The notes beneath the pieces were generated by a model. The model was not told the DNA's origin. It was given only the letters and a program-made list of their open reading frames with translations, and made no database searches. 64,000 bases of DNA, from positions 54,746,001 through 54,810,000 of the forward strand of contig OZ024748.1 in NCBI GenBank assembly GCA_964016885.1, given 5' to 3'. Shown one piece after another: positions 38,302 through 53,100 of this stretch. The first letter of the stretch is position 1. The number at the start of each line of letters is the position of its first letter. This DNA comes from Eledone cirrhosa (Eukaryota). Position numbers and translations under genes: made by a program.

Positions 38302-38366
38302 TATTTCATTATACATATTTCAAGGACACCAAGTTAAATTATGGTGTGCTTTCATCAGATAAAATA
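38302..38366 (-). ncRNA. Type I hammerhead ribozyme motif (AUA)
   Basis: Reverse complement TATTTTAT-CTGATGA-AAGcACACCA-taatttaact-TGGTGTcCTT-GAA-ATATGTAT-A-ATGAAATA: 8-bp stem I, 9/10-bp stem II, near-palindromic stem III. Confidence 0.85.
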
Positions 38367-38904
38367 TAATATAGACCAGTTTTATAAATAAATATTGACA
38401 TATCCTTAAAGAATGCGACCATTTCTGTTGGAAGCTCCCGGATATATATATATATATATATATACATATATACATACATACATACATACATATACACCTA
38501 CACTTAATGTGTATAATTCTGTTGGATAATATATGTTAAAGTCAGTGATAGCAACTGTAATTCAATTAAACCAGCCTTGTCACACATTGCGTCACATTGA
38601 ATCTCCATGAGAACTACGTTAAGGATACACGTGTCTGTGGAATGCTTAGCCACTTACACGGGAATCTAATGAACGGGCAGTTCCGTTGATTGAATCAACT
38701 GAAGTATTTGTTGTTGGAAACGACTGAGCTCCAACAAGAACAACAAACAGAAAATCTAAACAAGAATTTACGAACAAAACAGCTCCAGGTTTTGAAGACT
38801 TGGAATTTAATCACTTTTCTGATTAAGAATCCCCATAGAGGTTGATGAAAACTGTATCTGCAATGGTACAGTTTATACTGGTGAAGGGAATGAGAAATAT
38901 AACT

Positions 38905-39195
38905 AGGGTAAAGACCCCCTTCGGTCACAAATAATCATGGGCACAAATCTGGGCAAGACCAGCAGTCACCCATGTATACCAACCTCCTCTCTCCACATCA
39001 CCGATGTTGTCCAAGGGAAAGGCAAATGCCGATACAGCTTGACACCAGTGACGTCGTAACTCATTTCTACAACTGGAGCAATGTGAAATAAAGTGTTTTG
39101 CTCAAGAACACAACGCGCAGCCTGGTCCGAGAATCGAACTCACAACCTCACGATTGTAAGTCCGACGCTCTAACCACTAAGCCTTGCGCCTTCAC
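38905..39195 (-). mobile_element. tRNA-derived SINE family C
   Basis: Reverse complement begins gtgaaggcgcaaggcttagtggttagagcgtcggac..gagttcgattc (A and B boxes), then gtgttcttgagcaaaacactttatttcaca, tail gaccgaagggggtctttacc. Confidence 0.8.
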
Positions 39196-39846
39196 TATAA
39201 AACAACTGTATATCATCGAAACTGAAACATTTGGGAGCACAACTATCTGGAAGTAGGGCAATAGAAGACAACATTTTTAGAAGCTCTTTGCTTTTTAATG
39301 ACAGTAGATGGTGAGAAAGATATACAGATTGGTTACGATGCATCAATCACTGATTTAATTGTGAAGCAGCACTATCAACATTATTTACAATGAGTAGACG
39401 GCAGAAAATCTTTACAGCTTCACTCACCATGTTATGGTGGATGTCTAATTACAATATTAATTTCTATTGTAAGTAGCTAGTAATCATTTTTCGAAGCTGT
39501 AAAATTTATGAGTTTTGAGTAAAAGTAATAATTTTTTATGACTGTTTTCTAAAACAATAATGACTTGTTAACCAAACTGTCTGTCTGTCTGGTGCAGTAA
39601 TAAATTGTATGTGACAGTGTTTTGTAAAAGTAATAATTTATCAATTTATGATGTTATAAAATAATTTATAAATGACTTACAGTAGTCATTAGAAGAGAAG
39701 TCGTATCTGTTGAGTTGATCAAGCAACAGCTCGCTGGCTGTGAGTTTTACAGTTTGTGATATGTAAACAGCGCTATGTCATCAGTATTATGATGTACATT
39801 GGTTGTACTTCCAGTTCTTAATGACAGATTCTATTTAGCTGTATTC

Positions 39847-39948
39847 CAAACATAGGCAACCCTTTTCAAGCAGTGGGCTGCATAGGATGTGGCTCATCAT
39901 AAGGTGGGTCTCACTATTAAAACATTTAAGGCAATTTTGAAATTAGGT
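39847..39948 (+). mobile_element. hAT-like transposon end fragment; inverted sister at 43771-43873
   Basis: ttttcaagcagtgggc.gcata.ga..tggctcatcataaggt..ggcaattttgaaattagg shared in opposite orientation. Confidence 0.6.
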
Positions 39949-40260
39949 GTGTCATCGCAGTTTGCCCAAGATTACTGTCAACAGTTACTTTAGAGAAGTG
40001 TTTTAACCCAGCGGTGTTGAAAGTTAAATACATCTATATTCCACAAATATTTCATTTATCACGAAAACTGAGTTGAAATCTCAATTTTAAAAAAAGAAAC
40101 AGAGACCAGAACTAACAGTGATTTCTGGTTCCGGTTGACCAAATAAAATATTTACACTTTGTCCTCAATCGTTGTCATTTGTGTATCTATGAGCGTGTAT
40201 GCGTGCATGTGTGAGAGTGAGTGAGTGAGTGAGTGAGTGTGTATATATATATATATATAT

Positions 40261-40764
40261 ATAATTGTTTCTACTTTGGGCACAAGGCCAGCAATTACCC
40301 AGTGCATTACTGGTACTTTATTTTATCGACCCCGTAAGGATGAAAGGCAAAGTTAACCTCGGCGGGATTTGAACTCAGAATGGCAAGGGATGTAACTCTA
40401 TGCGTCAAAGCATGGCGTCCGACCCTCTAGCGATACTGCCAATCCACCGCCAATCTATCATTATATATATCAGGGCGGTGGATTGGCAGTATCGGTAGAG
40501 GGTCTGACGCCATGCTTTGACGCATAGAGTTACGGCCCTTGCCTTTCTGAGTTCAAATCCCGCCGAGGTTAACTTTGCCTTTCATCCTTACGGGGTCGGT
40601 AAAATAAAGTACCTGTAATGCACTGGGTAATTGCTGGGCTTGTGCCAAAAGTAGAAACAATTATACATATATATATAATTGTTTCTACTTTAGGCACAAG
40701 GCCAGCAAATACCCAGTGCATTACTGGTACTTTATTTTATCGACCCCGTAAGGATGAAAGGCAA
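40261..40764. mobile_element. Cluster of three SINE family A copies in -/+/- orientation
   Basis: 40261-40451 (-), 40473-40664 (+), 40675-40764 (-, truncated); all close to consensus. Confidence 0.92.
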
Positions 40765-41024
40765 TATATATATAATGATAGATGATACAGAAAGACAAAA
40801 GTAGTCTTAGAGAGAGAGAGAGAGAAAGAGAAAGAAAGAGAAAGATAGAGAGAGAAAGAAAGAGAGAGAAAGAGAAAGAAAGAGAGAATAAATTTCCCCC
40901 AAACTTTCAGTCAGCGTTGATTTCATATTTCATTCTTTGGGAATAGTACCCTAAAATAAGTACCTCTCAAATACGATACGAGGGACTGTCTAAATTACAA
41001 AATTCTGTGACTTTATTTCTATTA

Positions 41025-41238
41025 GGGCGGTGGATTGGCAGCATCGGTAGAGCGTCGCACAAAATTCTTTGGAGTTTAGTTACGACTTTCTACGTTCCGT
41101 GCTCAAACCCCACAGAGGTCAAATTTACCTTTCCCCCTTCCAAGATCGATAAAATAAAGTACTAGTAACAAACTAGAATCGATTTAGTCGGCATTCCTTT
41201 TCCCTTTAAATTGCTAGCCTTGTTCCAAAAGTAGAAAC
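41025..41238 (+). mobile_element. SINE family A long variant, diverged
   Basis: gggcggtggattggcagcatcggtagag..gatcgataaaataaagtac..gtagaaac. Confidence 0.8.
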
Positions 41239-41386
41239 TTTGAATTCAATGTAATTTCTTTACACTTCTTTGTATTTTAGTCACGTGTTGTCTTTAATGA
41301 TTTGGACTCTTATGACCCTAATAAAAAAAATGAATATTAATACTATTGCACATTACGACCCTTTATATTGTCATCCGTCGTCTTAA

Positions 41387-41606
41387 CCCTTTAATGTTAA
41401 AACCGGCCAAAACTGGCCAGAATTCTCTACCTCTTTCTGTTGAAACTGGCTGTCACTGGCCACTCATACTGATGCTAAGGTATTGTTCTCAAAATAAATA
41501 CTTTCAAAATCTCATAGATTCGATATTATGTGAGATAATTATGTGAGGTAAAGTCTTTACTATGAAAATATAATAGTATATATAGAGTAATGTGAATGTT
41601 AAAGGG
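41387..41606. mobile_element. piggyBac-type MITE
   Basis: TTAA-ccctttaatgtt ... aatgttaaaggg-TTAA. Confidence 0.7.
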
Positions 41607-41624
41607 TTAAAGTAACAGTAACAA

Positions 41625-42309
41625 ACTGGTGTCGATTTAATCGACTTTCCCCTCACCCAAAATTGTTGGCCTTGTGCCAAACGTAAAAAACAATTATTAG
41701 GGCGGTGGATTGGTGGTATCGGTTAGGAGTCGAACACGTGCTTCATGACATCGAGTTACGGCCCTTTGTGTTCTGATTTCAAATCTTGCCGTGGTTAGCT
41801 TTGCCTTTCATCCTCACGGGGTCGATAAAATAAAGTACCAGTCAGATACTGGGGTCGATTTTATCGACATTCCCCTCCTACAAAATTGCTGACCTTGTGC
41901 CTAAAATAGAAAATTATTTTTTATACTTTTTATTTCATCTTATTTTATTTTATATAAAAAAAAAAAATTCACTCTCCGACGTCATGTGGCATCTACTGTT
42001 TTCTTAATGTAAGCCCTGTGTGGCTAATAAAGAAATTATTAATAATATTATTTTTATTACTATATTTGGTTAACTTTGCCTTTCATCCTCACGGGGTCGA
42101 TAAAATAAAGTACCAGTAATGTACTGAGGTAGATTTAATCGACTTTCCCCTCCCCCAAAATTACTGGCCTTGTGCCTATACTAGAAATAGAGTTCAAATT
42201 CCGCCGAGATTAACATAGCCTTTTATCCTTACGATGTCGATAAAATAAAATACCAGTAATGTACTGGAATAATTGCTGGCCTTGTGCCAAAAGTAGAAAC
42301 AATTATTAT
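41625..42309 (+). mobile_element. Cluster of SINE family A copies and fragments
   Basis: About 41625-41697 (3' part), 41700-41917 (full long variant), 42068-42188 and 42190-42309 (truncated). Confidence 0.85.
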
Positions 42310-43029
42310 ATTTGGGAAATTCAAAACAACAAACAACAACAACGAAATGAAGCAAAACACAACACAACAATCCAAATAATAAATAGACAAATAAATAAAT
42401 AAAGCAACTAACAAAAGCAGCCCGAACAAACATGGTAACTAGGTGTATTATGATTGTGATTAGTGGATATATGAAACCACTCCTGTGAAAAAATATACTC
42501 TATGAAACAATAAAAGACTATAGTAGAAAGAGGTCAATAATTATATCTATCTCTTTTTAGATTGAAAGAAAAAGCAAATAAATGCTCACCTATAAAAGGT
42601 AATAAATACCGGAGATGAACTAACGACTACGTTTTCAAAACCGTGATAAAAGAGACACTTTGCAGTATAGTACATTGGTTGTTATTTGTTCTTGTTTTTA
42701 TTTAATCATCCCTAGCCATCCTTCTCCTCCCCACTCATATCATGTCAATCCTGATTGAGCTGAGCCATGATCAAAAGCATTCCATCCGTGATCGTTCGTC
42801 TTTTTTTGTAGCATTTAGTATAGGGAGTATTCAGTCTACCCTTCCTTGTCTAAAATACTTAGATTTAATGTGACTAATTTCACTGTTATGTCTAGTAGCT
42901 CGAGTGTTTACCACGGAGGGGGGGGGGGTCCCGATTTGGTCCAATAAGAATAAATTTCTTATTTAAATAGAAGAAGAGATATGCTACAATGTAGTACAAG
43001 TAAAATTAAATTAAATTTACAGTTCATAT

Positions 43030-43278
43030 TCATGCAGGTTTAGTTGGCCTTAAACGATGTTTTATCTCATAGGAGGTGTCTTGGATATTTTAATGCTAAT
43101 GGCTCTAGTCCTATCATGCAGGTTTAGCTGGCCTCAAACAAGGTCACACCTCATAGGAGGTTTATTGGGTGTTTACTGACAATGGCTCCAAGTCCTACCA
43201 TGCAGATTTAGCTGGCTTCAAACAACGTCACACCTCATAGGAGGTTTTTTGCATGTTTTAATGACAGTCCTATCATGA
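43030..43278. repeat. 84-bp tandem repeat, 3 copies
   Basis: catgcag.tttag.tggc at 43031, 43115 and 43199, each followed by ctcataggagg. Confidence 0.9.
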
Positions 43279-44178
43279 AATGAAGTCCAAGAACACAACA
43301 CACTACCAAACAAAAGAATTTATGATTTTGAATACAACCTAACCATTCGGAGACAAGATACTAGCATTCGGATACAACCTAAGCATTCGGATACGGATAC
43401 TAGCAACAATATTTCGAACTTCTCTTCCTCCTATGAATATTCCCAAAACTCAAGGAATTCAAGGGAAACTTAGCTAATATCTAAAGTAAGTCTAGAGATT
43501 ACACAACGGTTTCATTGAAGGTTATCTCATCTAACGTACAAAAGTAGATTTTTTTCCAATCAGATCTTAACAAACTAACATGGGTTTGAATTCAGTCTTA
43601 TGATCACCTTTTAAATAACTTTTCTATGCACTAATTTGTCTGTGCTATAATTTTCGTATGCCCTGCAAATTCCCAACAAGGTTTCGTTTAAATAAAAGAA
43701 AAATATCTATTTGTTGTTCCTTGCTAGATTGTTGATCTAACCGTTGAAATTGTAAATCAGCGAGGGGCTATCCTAATTTCAAAATTGCCGAGAATATTTT
43801 AGTAGTGCGCCACGACCTTATGATGAGCCATGTCTTATGCGGCCCACTGCTTGAAAAATGTTGTCCATGCCTGTTGTAGATTGTAAGCCAGCTTCAAGCA
43901 TAAATAAGAGATTTACATATCCTGGTCGAGTTGTGACTACTTCCTGTTCCCCAAATCCGACCGTACGATCTATTCAACGTATCAGGTTTAATGCAATCGA
44001 ACAAAAGTAATTCGAGCAGCTCCAAAACAGTTTATTCTACTGCATGATCATATTTGAAGCCCATGTCATATTTTTATATGCATACATACTAGTATTTCTT
44101 TTTCATTTAACATGCGGTCACCTCACCTCACCTCTCTCTCTCTCTCTTATATATGTATATTATGTATTTATGTTTAAA

Positions 44179-44561
44179 CGGTGGATTAGCAGTATCGGTA
44201 GAGGGTCAGATGAGATGCTTTGAAGCATAGAGTTACCTCCCTTTATGATCTGAGTTCAAATGCCGCCTTTCATCCTTACAGGGTCGATAAAATAAAGTAC
44301 CAGTAATACACTGGGATAATTGCTGGCCTTGTACCAAAAGTAGAAACAATTATGTATTTATGTTTAGGGCGGGGGGACTGGCAGTATCGGTAGAAAGTCG
44401 GACACCATGCTTTGCAGCATAGACTTACGCCCCTTTATGGTCTGAGTTCAAATCCCGCCGAAGTTCACTTTGCCTTCCATCCTTACGGGGGTCGATAAAA
44501 TAAAGTACCAGTAATGTACTGGGATAATTGCTGACCTTGTGCCTAAAGTAGAAACAATTAT
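44179..44561 (+). mobile_element. Two tandem SINE family A copies with a triplicated target site
   Basis: 44179-44352 and 44367-44561; ttat(g/t)tatttatgttta occurs before, between and after. Confidence 0.9.
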
Positions 44562-44730
44562 TTATTTATGTTTATACACGGAACAAAAAGCGTTGCCTAA
44601 TGTTTCAAGGTCCAGTTACGACGATCTCCCCAGATTGTGGTGCAGAGTGGTGGAAGACAGATCAAATGGGTGACCTAGTCATAGGGCGTTTGGATGAATC
44701 TGCTCTCATACCAGATTGAGCACTGTTTTC

Positions 44731-44775
<45 letters not shown>

Positions 44776-44888
44776 ACCTTTCACATTCTCACTCTCTCTG
44801 TGTGATATGCTAGCAACTATCACCTCATCCCTCTTTCTCTCAAGGCTTCTTGTACTTCGTATTTCTCACTCCCCACGCAAACCTTTAA

Positions 44889-45607
44889 GTGTGTGTGTGT
44901 GTATATATGTGCGTGTGTGTATATATATATATATGTGTGTGCGTATGTATGTGTGTGTGTGTGAATATGTGTGTGTGAATTTGTGTGAGTATGTGTGTGT
45001 GAGTATGTGTTTGAGTATATGTGTGTGTGAGTATGTGTGTGTATGTGAGTGAGTGTGTATGTGAGTGAGTGTGTATGTGTGTGAGTATGTGTATGAGTGT
45101 ATGTGTGTGTGTGTGAGTATATGTATGAGTGTGTGTATGTGTGAGTGTGAGTATGTGTGTGAGTGTGTGTGTGTGAGTATGTGTGTGAGTGTATGTATGT
45201 GTGTGTGTATGTATATGTGTGTGAGTATGTGTGTGTGTGTGAATATGTATGTGTGTGTGAATATGTATGTGTGAGTATGTGTATGAGTGTGTGTATGCAT
45301 GTGAGTGTGTGTATGTGTGTGAGTGTGTGTATGTGTGTGAGTTGAGTATGTGTGTGAGCATGTGTGTATGTATATGTGTGTGAGTATGTGTATGTGTGTA
45401 AGTATGTGTATGTGTGTGAGTATGTGTATGTGTGTGTGTGTGTATGTGTATGAGTATGTGTATGTGTGTGAATATGTGTATGCGTGTGAATATGTGTATA
45501 TGTGTATATGTATATGTGTCTATGTGTATGTGTATATGTGTATGTATATGCGTATATGCGTATGTGTATATGTATATGTGTATATGTGTATATGTGTATG
45601 TGTGTGA
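44889..45607. repeat. (TG)n/(TGAG)/(TATG) compound microsatellite
   Basis: Direct inspection. Confidence 0.9.
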
Positions 45608-46276
45608 GCGTCGATTTAGCCTTTTTACTGATCCCGTTAATCCCAGTTTTAAGTCTCCCACTATCTACATCTTGCACATTTACTTATTCTTGCTAATCCC
45701 AACTTTCTTTTCTTCCATTACTTCTTTCTCTCTTCCTTTTCTCCTTTCTATATCTTTACTCCACATCCCACCCTCACACATACAATCACACTCCGTTTCT
45801 TCTGGGTCATATTAACCCTTGGCTGGACTCTTTAGCTTTCAGGTCAGCTCTTTCGGGTAACCTCTCTGGCACTTCGAACTTTCATCATACTAGTTACAGC
45901 AAATAACAGTGCCTCAGAAAAGAAAGAAGCCCCTAATCCCTGTGGCACCCTTACTACATGCGGGAGCACTAGACCGCAGCCCAGTCATCCTTATGAATAA
46001 CTATGTAAACACAAGCACAGTTACACACACAGACAGAAATCAGACACATATATATTTGTACAAATGACTACCCATTCTACTGATAAGGCGTTAGCTAACC
46101 TAGGAAAACACTTGTCCAAGATGCAATGCAATGGAACCGAATCCAACATAATAACTTAACAGGTAAATATGTCTATATGATAAAACAGTAGGCATGCACA
46201 TACATGTACACCAGGTCTGAACACAGAGGAGCCGAACTCCCACTGTCATCGCTTCCTTTTCTCTCGCCCTCCTCAT

Positions 46277-46458
46277 GGCAGTATCGGTAGAGAGTCAGAC
46301 ACCATGCTTTGCAGCATAGACTTACGGTCCTTTATGGTCTGAGTTCAAATCCCGCCGAGGTTAACTTTGCCTTTCATCCTTACGGAGTGGATAAAATAAA
46401 GTACCAGTAATGCACTTGATAATTGCTGGCCTTGTGCCAAAAGTAGAAACAATTATTA
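46277..46458 (+). mobile_element. SINE family A
   Basis: Consensus match from tggcagtatcggtagag to agaaacaattatt. Confidence 0.9.
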
Positions 46459-46979
46459 TAAGCAAATGGGGTCCGATGTGCTGGCTGCTCCACGGGCCCG
46501 GTGGAAAGAATGGAGAAGGTGGTAAAGGAAACTGATCTTTATAAGTAGTATAAATATAAAGTATTATACACGGCTGTGTGCTTGAGGGCTTCACTTCACA
46601 ACCATGAGGTTATGAGTTCAGTCAAGCTAGGGTCGATATGATCTACTAAATCAATGCAGTGCTCCAGCTTGACCGCTGCCAGATAATGAAACCAGTAAAA
46701 TATAAATTGTCATACACATACATAAACATTCACACATATACATACATATGATTTATTACGAATGAAACAGTTCTATTTCTGTAGGAGCCATTTCTATAAT
46801 AAAATAATTATTTCTATATTCTATTAAGGTTTTGAGTACCTTTGTAAACCATGGTCACCCCCTGTTATACACCGGGAATTCACCTATTATATATATACGT
46901 ATATTTCCTTCTGTTTCCTCTTACCTTCCCTCTACTGCGCTGCTACCCCCATTCTCATATATATATATGAGAAAGGGGG

Positions 46980-47812
<833 letters not shown>

Positions 47813-47839
47813 AAGGGCGCTGCTGAGTTGCAAATGGGT

Positions 47840-47955
47840 TACATATGAAAAAAGTTTGTCCTTCATCAGTGATATTCCAACTATCATAGGCATCTTTAAA
47901 GCGATGAAATGCCTATGATAGTTGGAAGATCACTGATGAAGGACAAACTTTTTTC

Positions 47956-47962
<7 letters not shown>
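47840..47962. repeat. Fold-back cassette, 54-bp arms, between (TA)n tracts
   Basis: 47840-47893 / 47909-47962, 1 mismatch, 15-nt loop; arm contains CTGATGA (47933-47939). Confidence 0.9.
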
Positions 47963-48017
<55 letters not shown>

Positions 48018-48092
48018 ACCGCTTGTCTGCACAATACGGAAGTTGCGTTTCGCTAATTTCTACCCGCCGAAATGCGATTCTCGCAAACTTTA

Positions 48093-48147
<55 letters not shown>

Positions 48148-48407
48148 TTCTGTCTTCTCTCACCTTCTCTCTCTTCCTTTACTGCCCCTCCCCTCTCTCA
48201 TATATATATTCACACACATTATATACATACATACATACAATTCTCCAATCATCCATTTCTCTATTTGTTCAGACATTTACCTATATATCCCTGCACTTTT
48301 TCCATTTATACAATTATACATATGTACTTTAATCTTTCTATTTCACATCCCCCGCCCTCTCCTTCTTCAAACAGACTCTCTCTCTCTCTATCTGTCCATA
48401 CCTGGCA

Positions 48408-48484
<77 letters not shown>

Positions 48485-48585
48485 TATATATACATATGTT
48501 TTATAGCCTATTATCTACTTACGACCATCTGTCTGTTTAGGGGACCACAACAAACTACGAGAATGTCACGTTAATAAAACAAACG

Positions 48586-49375
48586 CCCACCACCGCTACC
48601 AAAACCACTACCACCAACATTGCCGCCACCCCCGTGGCCCATCCACCGCCACCACCGCTACCAAAACCACTACCACCAACATTGCCGACACCCCCGTGGC
48701 CCATCCACCGCCACCACCGCTACCAAAACCCCTACCACCACCATTGCCGACACCCCCGTGGCCCATCCACCGCCACCACCGCTACCAAAACCACTACCAC
48801 CACCGCTACCAAAACCACTGCCACCACCATTGCCGACACCCCCGTGGCCCATCCACCGCCACCACCGCTACCAAAACCACTACTACCACCATTGCCGCCA
48901 CCCCCGTGGCCCATCCACCGCCACCACCGCTACCAAAACCCCTACCACCACCATTGCCGACACCCCCGTGGCCCATCCACCGCCACCACCGCTACGAAAA
49001 CCCCTACCACCACCATTGCCGCCACCCCCGTGGCCCATCCACCGCCACCACCGCTACCAAAACCACTACTACCACCATTGCCGACACCCCCGTGGCCCAT
49101 CCACAGCCACCACTGCTACCACGAAAGCCACTACCACCACCATCGTGCCCCCCCACTGCTACCAGCAAAACCACTACCACCACCATTGCCGCCACCACCG
49201 TGGCCCATCCACCACCACCACTGCTACCAGCAAAACCACTATCACCACCATTGCCGCCACCACCACAGGCCATCCACCACCATCACCACCACCACTGCTA
49301 GCAGCAAAACCACTACCACCACCATTGCCGCCACCACCGTGGCCCATGCACCACCACCACCGCCACCACTACCAA
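48586..49375. repeat. 62-bp C-rich minisatellite (about 8 conserved plus 4 degenerate units)
   Basis: gtggcccatcc at 48634, 48696, 48758, 48844 (extra 24-bp sub-duplication), 48906, 48968, 49030 and 49092. Confidence 0.95.
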
Positions 49376-49723
49376 ATCCACTACCACCACCACCGTCACT
49401 ACCACTACAATCACAACTATGACCACCACCATAACTATTTCAACCATCGCCACCCTATCACACCGCTACTACCCTCATCACAGTCATCTACCCTCCCTAA
49501 CACCACAACCACCACTTCCAACCACCACCACCACCAGTACCACTACAACCAGTACCACCACTACCACTACAACCATTACCACCACCACTATCACCACTAC
49601 AAACACTACCACCACACCACTACCACCACCACTACAACCAGTACCACCACTACCAGCATTAAAACCAGTACCACTACAACCACTACCACCACCACTACAA
49701 CACCTTCCATTATTACCATTATT

Positions 49724-50101
49724 GGGCGGTTAATTGGCAGTATCGGTAGAGGGTTGGACGCCATGCTTTACAGCATAGTTACGTCCCTTTATGTTCCGAG
49801 TTCAAATCCTGCCAAGGTTAACTTTGCCTTTCAGCCTCACGGGGTCGATAAAATAAAGTACCAGTAATACACTGGGATAATTACTGGCCTTGTGCCAAAA
49901 GTAGAAACAATTATTACCATTACAGTGGTGGTTTTGCAGTATCGGTAGAGCGTGAGACACCATGCTTTGCAACACAGAGTTGTGTCACTTTACGGCCCCA
50001 GTTCAAATCCCGCTGAGGTTAGCTTTGCCTTTCATACTTACGGGTCGATAAATAAAGCACCAGTAATTGCTGGCGTTATGCCAAAAGTAGAAACAATTAT
50101 T
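49724..50101 (+). mobile_element. Two tandem SINE family A copies with a triplicated target site
   Basis: 49724-49914 and 49925-50101; attattaccatta before, between and after. Confidence 0.88.
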
Positions 50102-50190
50102 ACCATTACAACCACTACCACACTAACATCATTACAACTACTACCACCACTGCCGCAATTACCGCCACAACCACCACTACCATCACTAAC

Positions 50191-53100
50191 ACCACTACGA
50201 CCAACATCATCTAACACCACTACGACCAACATCATCTAACACCACTACGACCAACAACATATAACATCACTACGACCAACATCATCTAACACCACTACGA
50301 CGAACATCATCTAACACCAATACGACCAACAGCATCGAACATCACTACGACCAACAACATATAACATCACTACGACCAACATCATCTAACATCACTACGA
50401 CCAACAACATCTAACATCACTACGACCAACAGCATCTAACATCACAACGACCAACAACATGTAACATCACGACAACCAACAACATCTAACATCACTACGA
50501 CCAACAACATCTAACATCACTACGACCAACATCATCTAACACCACTACGACCAACAACATCTAACACCACTACGACCAACATCATCTAACACCACTACGA
50601 CCAACAACATCTAACACCACTACGACCAACAACATCTAAAACCACTACGACCAACAACATTTAACACCACTACGACCAACAATATCTAACACCACTACGA
50701 CCAACAACATCTAACACCACTACGACCAACAACATCTAACACCACTTCGACCAACAACATCTAACATCACTACGACCAACAGCATCTAACATCACTACAA
50801 CCAACATCATCTAACACCACTTCGACCAACAGCATCTAACACCACTACGACCAACATCATCTAACACCACTACGACCAACAACATCTAACACCACTACGA
50901 CCAACAACATCTAACATCACTACGACCAACATCATCTAACAACACTACGACCACCAACATCTAACATCACTACGACCAACATCATCTAACACCACTACGA
51001 CCAACAGCATCTAACATCACTACGACCAACAGCATCTAACATCACTACGACCAACATCATCTAACACCACTACGACCAACAGCATCTAACACCACTACGA
51101 CCAACATCATCTAACACCACTACGACCAACAACATCTAACACCACTACGACCAACAGCATCTAACACCACTACGACCAACAACATCTAACATCACTACGA
51201 CCAACAGCATATAACATCACTACGACCAACAGCATCTAACACCACTACGACCAACAACATCTAACATCACTACGACCAACAGCATCTAACACCACTACGA
51301 CCAACAGCATCTAACATCACTACGACCAACAACATCTAACATGACTACGACCAACAGCATCTAACATCACTACGACCAACAGCATCTAACACCACTACGA
51401 CCAACAACATCTAACATCACTACGACCAACAGCATCTAACACCACTACGACCAACAACATCTAACATCACTACGACCAACATCATCTAACACCACTACGA
51501 CCAAAAACATCAAACATCACGACAACCAACAACATCTAACACCACTACGACCAACAACATCTAACATCACTACGACCAACAGCATCTAACACCACTACGA
51601 CCAACAACATCTAACATCACTACGACCAACAGCATCTAACACCACTACGACCAACAACATCTAACATCACTACGACCAACAGCATATAACACCACTACGA
51701 CCAACATCATCTAACACCACTACGACCAAAAACATCAAACATCACGACAACCAACAACATCTAACACCACTACGACCAACAGCATCTAACATCACTAGGA
51801 CCAACAGCATGTAACATCACTACGACCAACAACATCTAACATCACTACGACCAACATCATCTAACACCACTACGACCAACAACATCTAACACCACTTCGA
51901 CCAACAACATCTAACATCACTACGACCAACAACATCTAACATCACTACGACCAACATCATCTAACATCACTAGGACCAACAGCATGTAACATCACTACGA
52001 CCAACAACATCTAACATCACTACGACCAACAGCATCTAACACCACTACGACCAACAACATCTAACACCACTTCGACCAACAACATCTAACATCACTACGA
52101 CCAACAACATCTAACATCACTACGACCAACATCATCTAACACCACTACGACCAACAACATCTAACACCACTACGACCAACATCATCTAACACCACTACGA
52201 CCAACAACATCTAACACCACTACGACCAACAACATCTAACACCACTACAACCAACAACATCGAAAACCACTACGACCAACAACATTTAACACCACTACGA
52301 CCAACAACATCTAACACCACTACGACCAACAACATCTAACACCACTACAACCAACAACATCTAACACCACTACGACCAACAACATCTAACATCACTACGA
52401 CCAACAGCATCCAACATCACTACGACCAACATCATCTAACACCACTACGACCAACAGCACCTAACACCACTACGACCAACATCATCTAACACCACTACGA
52501 CCAACAACATCTAACACCACTACGACCAACAGCATCTAACATCACTACGACCAACAGCATATAACATCACTACGACCAACAGCATCTAACACCACTACGA
52601 CCAACAACATCTAACATCACCACGACCAACAGCATCTAACACCACTACGACCAACAGCATCTAACATCACTACGACCAACAACATCTAACATGACTACGA
52701 CCAACAGCATCTAACAGCACTACGACCAACAGCATCTAACACCACTACGACCAACAACATCTAACATCACGACGACCAACAGCATCTAACACCACTACGA
52801 CCAACAACATCTAACATCACTACGACCAACAGCATCTAACACCACTACGACCAACATCATCTAACACCACTACGACCAACAACATCTAACACCACTACGA
52901 CCAAAAACATCAAACATCACGACAACCAACAACATCTAACACCACTACGACCAACAACATCTAACATCACTACGACCAACAGCATCTAACACCACTACGA
53001 CCAACAACATCTAACACCACTACGACCAAAAACATCAAACATCACGACAACCAACAACATCTAACACCACTACGACCAACAACATCTAACATCACTACGA

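Noticed and set aside
39847-43873. 4-kb composite hAT transposon bounded by inverted ends
   Set aside because: Both fragments are the same end, the 8-bp flanks do not match, and there is no transposase remnant between them
48620-49867. 415-aa Pro/His/Thr-rich ORF
   Set aside because: The 62-bp unit is not a multiple of 3, so the peptide cycles through frames; the ORF ends inside a SINE
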